A DNA stretch of 64,000 nucleotides. It comes from Candidatus Latescibacterota bacterium (lineage in GTDB: Bacteria; Latescibacterota; UBA2968; UBA8231). Location: NCBI GenBank assembly GCA_965204725.1, contig OZ242005.1, positions 416,001 through 480,000 of the forward strand, read 5' to 3'. Made by a program: the position numbers and the translations under genes. Shown in pieces: positions 21,101 through 28,500 of this stretch (position 1 is the first letter of the stretch; each line of letters opens with the position of its first letter). Below the pieces are notes generated by a model, which worked only from the letters and a program-made list of their open reading frames with translations, had not been told where the DNA came from and did no database searches.

Positions 21101-23934
21101 CTACCCGAAAGGGACACTGCGTCGCCTTCGGCCACGGTCTGGTCATCACCCGCGTTAGCCGTGGGTATGCCGTCCACTGCGATGGTGAACGTCAGCGTGG
21201 CGGGGTCGTTGTCGATATCGGTGACTTTCCACGTGTAGGTGGTCGCCGCTTGGTTCACGCTCGGCGTACCGGAGACCCTCTGGGTGGTCGTGTTCCGGGT
21301 CACGCCCCTCGGCAAGCTCGGCGACAGGGTGTAGGTCAGCGTGCCATTGCCACCGCTGGCCGTGGGCAGGGTGAACGCGGTAATCGCTTGGTTCTGACTC
21401 CACGCTTGGTTGGAAATGGTCTGTTGGCCAAAGGTCGGCATCCGGTCCGTGGCCATTGAGAAGTCCGTGGTCACCGAGAAGTTCGCGCTCACCCCGCCGA
21501 TGGTGACCGTGGCGGAGGTAGTCGCGCGGAAAGCACTACTGGAGGTGACCTTGACGGCAACGGTCTGCGCGTTGGTGATCGTCGCGCCGGTGAAGTCGTT
21601 GCCATCGACGACTAAGGTGCCGCCGGTGACCGAGATGGGCGCGGCTCCGTTGAGGCCGCTTATGGTGACGGTATTGCTGGTGATCGTCGTGCTGGGCATC
21701 ACCCCGTTTTGCGCGGTGAACGTGAACGCATCCGGCGCGGTGTCCGCGACCGAGTATGAGCCATTGACCTTCACCTCAGCCATGTGCAAATAGTTGCTAC
21801 CCGTCAACTGCACCCGTACATAACGGCCCGTGCGATTAACATTGGCGATCGTCGTCGGGCGACCCGCCCTACCGCTCTGGTGATATTCCGCAACCCCCGA
21901 CTGTGCCCGACTCGCCGCTACGGAAGTACCGGTAAAACGCACGTCCGAGACAAACACATAATAGTTCGATAACCGATCAGGGCACTCGGACGGGCAGTCA
22001 GTACGGTTGTATATCTGGATATTGTCGATATAGCTGACCGTACCCAGATCCACTTCCCACCAGTTTTCAGAACCGAACCTCGTGTGAGAAACCTCATTGC
22101 CGGACCCTGCGGTATTGCCATCCACCGCTATACTCGCAACAGAGCGCCCCTCCGTACCCGACTGATAGGCGGGCTTGCCCTGTGCCAAGTTACTAACAGT
22201 GGCTGTATCCACTTGGAAACGTTGCGTCACTTCATCGGCATAGTACGTAACATCGCCGCTGTTCTTGGCCTTGATCACCACTTCCCCGGTCCCAGTGCCT
22301 ACCGTCACCTTGTTACCCACAAGGGTGGCCGGACCCGATACCACTTCATAGCTAACGGTCAAACCGAACGCATCCGTGGTGGCATTCAGGTAGAACACCT
22401 CATTGGGGTATTTGTTCGGAATCGCCGGAAAGGTAATACGCTGCACAGTCTTGCCATCGTTGATCCGACCCAGCAGGTCATAGCGGGTCATTAGGCTCCA
22501 GCTTGACCCGCCATCGGTGGTCGAGATCAGCGGGGTCGGATACGCCGAGAAGTACTGAGTGGGGCTGATAGTCTGGTTAGTGCCTTCGTCCAGCCCCACC
22601 AGATAGAGATTACGACGCCCGGATTGGCGGTCCATAAACAAACGCTGATGCGGCACCGAATGATTGGCCTTCACCTCCACATCCGGGGCCAGCAATACCT
22701 TCTCGTTGTCCCAAGCCGTCGCACTTCTGGGACGCCGTGAATAGCCGACACCCCTATAGAGGCCAGGACTCGCCAAGGGTCCAGTATAGGTCCGGTAGCT
22801 GGTGTGCAGGGTATCGCCGTCATCAATTACCAGATCGACATAGGTCGTCGCCTTGTTGACATTGGGCACGTTGGAATTCTGGTTGGTTAGGGTCGAGGTG
22901 GTATTGGTACTGGTCGCCTTATAGTAAGGAAAGGTCTCCCCGTGGGTGCCCAAAATAACAATCACAGTATCCGTTGAAGTAATACCGATGACCGGCATAG
23001 AGTGGGGATCGGCCCAATAGTGCGGCCGCTCGGGAATTCCGTGGGTTTGCGCGAGATGGGCATGATGGTCAATGTTTTTCGTTGCCCGGTCTATCGTCGC
23101 CACCCAGATCCGCGAACTGTTGGAAGGGTTGCCACTGGCGTCTTTCTCCGACAAATAGGTAACATGTATTTTGCCGTTCTTGCTAACCACCGAGGGTGTT
23201 CCGCCAGAATGCGAAGAATGCGATTCTGCACGGGTCTTTGCCAGAGTAAGAGTATCACTCAAGCTCAGGGTGCCATTGCTGTTTTTAGAGGGTATATACA
23301 GGCGCAGTTTATGCCGATTCGCAAGACTGACCCAAGGCCATGTTATAATCACGGGGGGGTTGGAATTGTCGCCATGGCTCATGTTTTTTTCGATGTTAAC
23401 AGGACCAGGAATCTCGTAGATATGGAAAACTGGGGAAGATGCGGTAATATCGGGCGAGTACAGCAAGCGCCATTCGTGGTTAGAAATCTGCAAAGGCGCA
23501 TAGAGCGCATCGTTGCTATCAATGGTTATCTCGGTATAAAAAAGCTTACTGTATCCTGTCCAATCCGCCGTACTGCCGGACGCCGTACTATAATCAATAT
23601 CGTGCCACAGCCCATTGCGCAGCGTCCTGATCTTGCCTGTCAACGTGCCTGTCCGGTCTGCTAAAAAATAGGGGCGGTTTTTGGAATCAAAGGCAATAGC
23701 AAGCCCCATGGGCGTATCCACACCTTCTACCTGTATCGGTTGCTGCGAGTGGGGCGGATAGGTCCAAACCGGAAACGCAGCATGAGCGGTGGTGCTCACA
23801 CTCAACAGGCCCAATAGCAAAAGCAGGGACCACCAGACACCAGATAAGGCACGAAATGTTGATCCGCAGCGTCCTTTCGCACATAAGGCGTCATCCCGCG
23901 CAAGCGGGAAACGCCCGCGCTTCCCACCCGTCAT
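15190..23934 (-). CDS. Giant surface adhesin A: BNR_4-like propeller, F-type lectin, Ig-like domains, 14 PKD-like repeats, cadherin-like domain, 2 FN3, C-terminal T9SS-A/FlgD-like sorting domain
   Basis: About 2900 aa ORF; signal WWSLLLLLGLLSVSTTAHA; DPHSMPVIGI..LGTH; WWEVDLG..IYNRTDC; NNPNPFNAST...SGVYLVRL. Start uncertain (lies in a repeat). Confidence 0.85.
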   Translation of the reverse strand: MTGGKRGRFPLARDDALCAKGRCGSTFRALSGVWWSLLLLLGLLSVSTTAHAAFPVWTYPPHSQQPIQVEGVDTPMGLAIAFDSKNRPYFLADRTGTLTGKIRTLRNGLWHDIDYSTASGSTADWTGYSKLFYTEITIDSNDALYAPLQISNHEWRLLYSPDITASSPVFHIYEIPGPVNIEKNMSHGDNSNPPVIITWPWVSLANRHKLRLYIPSKNSNGTLSLSDTLTLAKTRAESHSSHSGGTPSVVSKNGKIHVTYLSEKDASGNPSNSSRIWVATIDRATKNIDHHAHLAQTHGIPERPHYWADPHSMPVIGITSTDTVIVILGTHGETFPYYKATSTNTTSTLTNQNSNVPNVNKATTYVDLVIDDGDTLHTSYRTYTGPLASPGLYRGVGYSRRPRSATAWDNEKVLLAPDVEVKANHSVPHQRLFMDRQSGRRNLYLVGLDEGTNQTISPTQYFSAYPTPLISTTDGGSSWSLMTRYDLLGRINDGKTVQRITFPAIPNKYPNEVFYLNATTDAFGLTVSYEVVSGPATLVGNKVTVGTGTGEVVIKAKNSGDVTYYADEVTQRFQVDTATVSNLAQGKPAYQSGTEGRSVASIAVDGNTAGSGNEVSHTRFGSENWWEVDLGTVSYIDNIQIYNRTDCPSECPDRLSNYYVFVSDVRFTGTSVAASRAQSGVAEYHQSGRAGRPTTIANVNRTGRYVRVQLTGSNYLHMAEVKVNGSYSVADTAPDAFTFTAQNGVMPSTTITSNTVTISGLNGAAPISVTGGTLVVDGNDFTGATITNAQTVAVKVTSSSAFRATTSATVTIGGVSANFSVTTDFSMATDRMPTFGQQTISNQAWSQNQAITAFTLPTASGGNGTLTYTLSPSLPRGVTRNTTTQRVSGTPSVNQAATTYTWKVTDIDNDPATLTFTIAVDGIPTANAGDDQTVAEGDAVSLSGSGTDPESSALTYSWTQTGGTPTVTLTGATTQTPSFTAPNLIADATLTFTLTVSDGSLTDTDTVDITIQADNDAPTANAGMNQTVADGTSVSLSGSGTDPEGQSLTYSWSQTAGTPNVTLTGATTKTPSFTAPEVTTDATLTFTLTVNDGTLNGTDTVDITIQAENDAPTANAGMNQTVDEGDTVSLSGSGSDPESGALTYSWSQTGGTPTVTLTGATTQTPSFTAPELLANVTLTFTLTVNDGTSNGTDTVEITITADNDAPSANAGTDQTVDEGDTVSLSGSGTDPESQNLTYSWSQTGGSPNVTLTGATTKTPSFTAPELLANVTLTFTLTVNDGTSNGTDTVEITITADNDAPSANAGTDQTVDEGDTVSLSGSGTDPESQNLTYSWAQTPGSPNVTLSGATTKTPSFTAPELLANATLTFTLTVNDGTSNGTDTVDITITADNDAPSANAGTDQTVDEGDTVSLSGSGTDPESQNLTYSWAQTPGSPNVTLSGATTKTPSFTAPELLANATLTFTLTVNDGTSNGTDTVDIIIRADNDAPSANAGTDQTVDEGDTVSLSGSGSDPESQNLTYSWSQTGGSPNVTLTGATTQTPSFTAPELLANATLTFTLTVNDGTSNGTDTVDIIIRADNDAPSASAGDDQSVAEGAEVSLSGSGTDPEGQTLTYSWAQTGGSPNVTLTGATTKTPSFTAPNVVANVTLTFTLTVNDGTSNGTDTVDITIVADNDAPTANAGMNQTVDEGDTVSLSGSGSDPESQNLTYSWSQTGGSPTVTLTGATTQTPSFTAPNVVANVTLTFTLTVNDGVLNGTDTVEITVRGDNDAPTAEAGTNQTVDEGDTVSLSGSGTDPEGQSLTYSWSQTGGSPNVTLTGATTQTPSFTAPELLANATLTFTLTVGDGNSTDTDTVEITITADNDAPSANAGTDKTVNEGDTVSLSGSGSDPESQGLTYSWAQTAGSPNVTLTGATTQTPSFTAPNVTANVTLTFTLTVNDGNSNGTDTVEITITADNDAPTAEAGMNQTVDEGAEVSLSGSGSDPESGALTYLWTQTGGSPNVTLTGATTQTPSFTAPNVTANVTLTFTLTVNDGNSNGTDTVEITIRADNDAPTANAGTDQTVDEGDAVSLSGSGSDPESGALTYLWSQTGGSPNVTLTGATTQTPSFTAPELTANVTLTFTLTVSDGTLNGTDTVDITITADNDAPTANAGTDRTVAEGAEVSLSGSGSDPESGALTYLWTQTGGSPNVTLTGATTQTPSFTAPDLTTDATLTFTLTVSDGNSNGTDTVAITVTADPNRAPVASSAIAAQTLTVGGPNITVNAANHFSDPDGDALTYTARLSETDIATVGVAGAIVTIRPVAVGDVTITVTANDGTLKAEQTIEVAVIQAAHTPETTPDAFSFTPRTQVSPSATVTSNAITVSGLEAPASISVRGGTLVVDGSTFTGATVSNGQTVAVQVRASSRYAATTTATVTIGGVSADFSVTTRTPNTTPGSFSFTAQTGVDPGATVTSNAITVRGLEAPTSISVSGGSLVVNGRAFSGSTITNRQTVAVQVTASVGFNTTTIATVTIGGVSADFVVTTAEVMLNEITFSAEELSVGINEAFDPTTLTYTADVAHAESRLTGAAAAATGQVAIITPDDADPETAGHQVDLAVGTTAIIFRVTASDGTTARYYTVLVRRPPGQVTGVEITPRAGQLVVSWEQVPGADGYKVQWKTDDQAFDDVRQMTIISGTTTTATIPNLTAGTTYSVQVIATETDAGDGTASTPSTDMPRAAPPGQVTGVQVMAGVGQLHVSWTAVPGADGYKVQWKTGAQAYDPATRQATVPDSTVEVEAAYDRTTRQAAVPIPTSYIIPGLAADTQYTVRVIATRTLADDGMPSAEATGTPNASLLNNPNPFNASTMIHYALAHGQPVRLTIYNVLGQVVARLVDGYQAAGVYHVRWEAPSTLASGVYLVRLRLREDAQIRRILLIK
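17230..21165 (-). repeat. 14 tandem 282-bp (94-aa) PKD/K319L-like coding repeats
   Basis: P[TS]ANAG.DQTV.EG..VSLSGSG.DPE...LTYSW.Q...TPSFTAP...LTFTLTV.DG...DTV counted 14 times in the translation. Confidence 0.92.
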
Positions 23935-24006
23935 CCCGCGAAAGAACGTCACCCCGCGCCTCGACACGGGGCGGGAATCCAGCCTTGAATGATATGGAGT
24001 AGCTTA
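23884..24006. repeat. Degenerate MITE with palindrome family A (GTCATtCCCGCG..GCGGGAATCCAG) and a nested second palindrome
   Basis: Matches 30528-30644, 42507-42553 and 59491-59551. Confidence 0.75.
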
Positions 24007-24019
24007 AACACTAGGGGAC

Positions 24020-24228
24020 CTAGTCTTCCGGGTTAAACTCCAAAGCGAGGATCGACGCCCTAAGCTGGACGTTTCTTCTGACTTCAGCGGCGATTTTTTC
24101 GGGATCGAGCTCCGGCTCGTCCCAACTCGCTCGCCAGATACTATACTCGGACTCTATATCGAATCCACTTCGACGCGGCTCGCTCTCAACCACATAGAAC
24201 AGCCGACTCCCGGCCATATCAAGGGCAA
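24020..24228 (-). pseudogene. 3' remnant of the propeller gene that is intact at 30659-32716
   Basis: MAGSRLFYVV...LEFNPED almost identical to the last 65 aa of that gene; the rest is deleted. Confidence 0.88.
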
Positions 24229-24243
24229 AGAGAGGGAACTATA

Positions 24244-24300
24244 CAGAAGATCGCGCTCGGTGGCCTGCAACATCGCCCTTGCACATTTAGGATCGCTCAT
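24244..24300 (-). pseudogene. Truncated HEPN-like gene start
   Basis: MSDPKCARAMLQATERDL overlaps the MNT stop as in MNT-HEPN pairs, then breaks off. Confidence 0.6.
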
Positions 24301-24622
24301 AAAGCACCTTCCCCTCGCGCAGTGCCCGCGCCAAAACGTGGTTGAGGGAATCGCGCCAGTAGGCGACGTCTGCACGGGAATAGACCAAGACATCGGCCGG
24401 GACGGAAAATCCCGCTAGCGCGTGATAGAGCCGGACCATCTCTTGGCGGCGACTGCGCCCCGGACCAAACGGCTCGGCTTCCAAGACGATCAGATCGACG
24501 TCCGAGTCTTCCCGCTCGTCGCCCCGGCCACGAGAGCCGAAGAGGATTACCTGCTCGGGATCGACTTCGGCGACGATGGCCTGGACCATCTGCTCAATGA
24601 GGGTGTCGGTGATGTAGGTCAC
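24287..24622 (-). CDS. Minimal nucleotidyltransferase (MNT) antitoxin
   Basis: VILFGSRGRGD..EDSDVDL motif; 111 aa. Confidence 0.9.
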   Translation of the reverse strand: MTYITDTLIEQMVQAIVAEVDPEQVILFGSRGRGDEREDSDVDLIVLEAEPFGPGRSRRQEMVRLYHALAGFSVPADVLVYSRADVAYWRDSLNHVLARALREGKVLYERS

Positions 24623-24726
24623 GGGCGGGGTCTCGGGTGTGCGGCTCCTATATAATGCTCGGCTTTACATCTATCGACTGAGCAGCGGGCGGAAGGACCT
24701 GCTCCTAGGGAGACGACACCATAGAA

Positions 24727-25047
24727 CTAGCCGTCAAATCCCAATGCAAAAAGCAACGCACCGCGCAATTCTTCCAGCTTTGCCAAGGGGAGAGATACGA
24801 TTAAGGTGCCTATTTTACCCTTGGACACGGTCTGGATGTGATCGAGGTTGATCGCACACTCTTTGGGCATTCCATCTCGTTGAGATAGCAGTACTTCTGA
24901 GGGAATGTCCCGAATGGTTGACGTCACCGGCGCTACAGTGATTTCGCCCAGATATTTAATCGCCGAATCCCTAGTGAGAATAACAACGGGTCTCCTCTTG
25001 TCTGGCTGGGCGAATCGGTACCAACGAACTTCACCGCGCCGCATCAC
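24727..25047 (-). CDS. mazF: PemK/MazF family toxin
   Basis: MRRGEVRW..PDKRRPVVILT, VAPVTSTIR, INLDHIQTV. Confidence 0.92.
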   Translation of the reverse strand: MMRRGEVRWYRFAQPDKRRPVVILTRDSAIKYLGEITVAPVTSTIRDIPSEVLLSQRDGMPKECAINLDHIQTVSKGKIGTLIVSLPLAKLEELRGALLFALGFDG

Positions 25048-25274
25048 TCAACCCACACTTGTTCGTCTTCCCAAGAGCTAAATTCGCCAGATTGAACCGG
25101 CTTGCGGGCATATCCCTCCCGGTGTTTTTGCTCCTTTTCTTTTATTTCTTCATACCTGAGCGCAACGTATAGAGCCTCGCGCGCAAAAGCCGATCGCGTT
25201 GTACCTGTTTTTTTTACGACCTTATCAACCGCCTCAATCAGTTCCTCGTCGAGGGTCATTTGGACTGTTCGCAT
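25044..25274 (-). CDS. Ribbon-helix-helix (CopG-type) antitoxin
   Basis: MRTVQMTLDEELIEAVD...TRSAFAREAL; ATGA-type overlap with the toxin. Confidence 0.88.
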   Translation of the reverse strand: MRTVQMTLDEELIEAVDKVVKKTGTTRSAFAREALYVALRYEEIKEKEQKHREGYARKPVQSGEFSSWEDEQVWVE

Positions 25275-25307
25275 GTCTTGGCCTCCAGCATTGATTGCAA
25301 CAGAATG

Positions 25308-25375
25308 GCTATTTATAGCGATAACCTATGTCGCGTTGCCTGTCAAGCAGTCCACACCCCCTACAAGCGGCGCAT
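25308..25375 (-). promoter_or_regulatory. Probable promoter segment of the TA genes, duplicated at 33282-33349
   Basis: TTGACA followed by a TATCGCTATAAAT region on the minus strand; near-identical second copy. Confidence 0.45.
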
Positions 25376-25405
25376 AAAGTACGCGTCCCTTGCTTTGCGT
25401 CCGCC

Positions 25406-25508
25406 TTTTCTGGTGTTGCCGTTGCGCCTGGGATCGAGGGCGTCCCGCCCTCGGCGAGGGCAAGATGCCCTCGATCCTGAGAGGACGGAGGGCTGGTGTC
25501 GTGTAGTA
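25406..25508. repeat. Palindromic repeat family B, copy 2 (junction of the tandem duplication)
   Basis: Near-identical to 15093-15171. Confidence 0.85.
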
Positions 25509-25520
25509 CAAGCGGCGCAT

Positions 25521-28500
25521 CTACTTAATCAGCAGGATACGCCTAATTTGAACGTCCTCGCGCAGACGCAGGCGCACCAAGTACACGCCGCTGGCCAAGG
25601 TCCTTGGTGCTTCCCAGCGGACGTGATACACCCCCGCGGCCTGATAGCCGTCGACCAAGCGGGCGACGACTTGCCCCAATACATTATAGATGGTCAAGCG
25701 CACCGGCTGGCCGTGTGCGAGGGCGTAGTGGATCATCGTGCTCGCGTTAAAGGGATTGGGGTTGTTGAGCAAAGAGGCGTTGGGCGTCCCGGTCGCCTCG
25801 GCTGAGGGCATGCCGTCGTCGGCGAGGGTGCGGGTGGCGATCACGCGCACGGTGTATTGGGTGTCGGCGGCCAGCCCCGGAATGATGTAGCTGGTTGGTA
25901 TGGGGACAGCGGCTTGACGGGTGGTGCGGTCGTAGGCTGCCTCGGCTTGCGCGGTGGTGTCGGGGACGGTGGCTTGGCGGGTGGCTGGGTCGTAGGCTTG
26001 GGCGCCGGTTTTCCACTGCACCTTGTAGCCGTCAGCCCCGGGGACCGCTGTCCAAGACACGTGCAACTGGCCGACCCCAGCCATCACTTGCACTCCCGTC
26101 ACCTGCCCCGGAGGCGCCGCCCTCGGCATGTCTGTCGAGGGGGTTGAGGCCGTGCCAGCCCCCGCGTCGGTCTCGGTGGCAATCACCTGCACTGAGTAGG
26201 TCGTGCCAGCCGTTAGGTTCGGGATCGTCGCCGTGGTCGTGGTGCCGCTGATGATGGTCATCTGCCGGACGTCGTCGAAGGCTTGGTCGTCGGTTTTCCA
26301 CTGGACCTTGTAGCCATCGGCGCCCGGCACCTGCTCCCACGATACGACCAACTGTCCCGCCCTCGGCTCTATCGTCACGCCCGTTACTTGACCCGGAGGC
26401 CGCCGCACCAAGACGGTGTAGTAGCGTGCGGTGGTTCCGTCGGAGGCCGTTACCTGGAAGATGATGGCCGTCGTCCCGACAGCCAGATCGACCTGATGGC
26501 CAGCGAGTTCGGGATCGGCATCGTCGGGGGTGATGATAGCGACTTGGCCGGTGGCGGCGGCAGCCGTGCCCGTCAGGCGGCTCTCGGCATGGGCTACATC
26601 TGCGGTGTAGGTCAGGGTGGTGGGATCAAACGCCTCGTTGATCCCGACCGAGAGCTCCTCGGCCGAAAAGGTGATCTCGTTGAGCATGACCTCAGCGGTC
26701 GTCACGACAAAGTCCGCGCTCACCCCGCCGATGGTGACGGTGGCGATGGTGGTCGTGTTGAAACCGACACTGGCGGTCACTTGGACGGCGACGGTCTGCC
26801 GGTTGGTGATCGTCGAGCCGGAAAAGGCGCGGCCATTCACGACCAAGGTGCCGCCGGAGACGGAGATGGATGTGGGCGCTTCGAGGCCGCGGACGGTGAT
26901 GGCATTGCTGGTGACCGTCGCGCCCGGGTCCACGCCGGTTTGCGCCGTGAACGAGAAGGAGCCCGGCGTGGTGTTCGGCGTCCGGGTGGTCACCGAAAAG
27001 TCCACGCTCACGCCGCCGATGGTGACGGTGGCAGTGGTGGTGGCGGCGTACCGGGAACTGGCCCGGACTTGGACGGCGACGGTCTGCCCGTTGGCGACCG
27101 TCGCACCCGTGAAGGTGCTGCCGTCCACGACCAAGGTGCCGCCGCGGACCGAGATGGACGCGGGGACGCTGAGGCCGCTTACAGTGATGGCATTGCTGGT
27201 GACCGTCGCGCTCGGCGACACTTGGGTGCGCGGCGTGAACGAGAAGGCGTCCGGCGTCGTTTCCGGCGTGTGCGCGGCTTGGATCACGGCCACCTCAATC
27301 GTCTGTTCCGCCTTCAAGGTGCCATCGTTTGCCGTCACCGTGATCGTGGCGTCGCCTACCGCCGCAGGGCGAATGGTCACGACGGCCCCCGCCACGCTGA
27401 CGGGGACAATATCGGGTGCGCTCGAACGGGCGGTGTAGGTCAGCGCATCGCCATCCGGGTCGCTGAAGTGGTCCGCCGCGTTGACCGTGATGTTGGGACT
27501 GCCCACGGTCAAGGTCTGCGCCGCAATCGCGCTTGAGGCCACGGGTGCCCGGTTGGGGTCGGCCGTGACGGTGATTTCTACGGTATCGGTCCCCGTCAAG
27601 CTCCCATCGCTGACTGTTAGGGTGAACGTCAGCGTCGCATCGGTGGTCAAATCGGGCGCGGTGAACGAGGGCGTCTGCGTCGTCGCGCCCGTCAACGTCA
27701 CGGTCGGAGTGCCCCCCGTCTGCGTCCACGAATAAGTCAGAGCACTACTCTCCGGGTCGGTGCCGCTACCCGAAAGAGACACCGCGTCGCCTTCGTCCAC
27801 CGTCTGGTCATCACCCGCGTTGGCCGTGGGGATGCCGTTCACCGCGATAGTGAACGTCAGCGTGGCGGGGTCGTTGTCGATATCGGTGACTTTCCACGTG
27901 TAGGTGGTCGCCGCTTGGTTCACGCTCGGCGTACCGGAGACCCTCTGGGTGGTCGTGTTCCGGGTCACGCCCCTCGGCAAGCTCGGCGACAGGGTGTAGG
28001 TCAGCGTACCATTGCCACCGCTGGCCGTGGGCAGGGTGAACGCGGTAATCGCTTGGTTCTGACTCCACGCTTGGTTGGAAATGGTCTGTTGGCCAAAGGT
28101 CGGCATCCGGTCCGTGGCCATTGAGAAGTCCGTGGTCACCGAAAAGTCCGCGCTCACCCCGCCGATGGTGACCGTGGCGGTGGTAGCCGTGCGGAAAGCA
28201 CTACTGGAGGTGACCTTGACGGCGACGGTCTGCGCGTTGGTGATCGTCGCGCCCGTGAAGTCGTTGCCATCGACGACTAAGGTGCCGCCGGTGACCGAGA
28301 TGGGCGCGGCTCCGTTGAGGCCGCTTATGGTGACGGTATTGCTGGTGATCGTCGTGCTGGGCATCACCCCGTTTTGCGCGGTGAACGTGAACGCATCCGG
28401 CGCGGTGTCCGCGACCGAGTATGAGCCATTGACCTTCACCTCAGCCATGTGCAAATAGTTGCTACCCGTCAACTGCACCCGTACATAACGGCCCGTGCGA

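Noticed and set aside
17230-21165. Regular repeat array as CRISPR
   Set aside because: 282-bp in-frame coding repeats with no unique spacers, and no cas genes in the window
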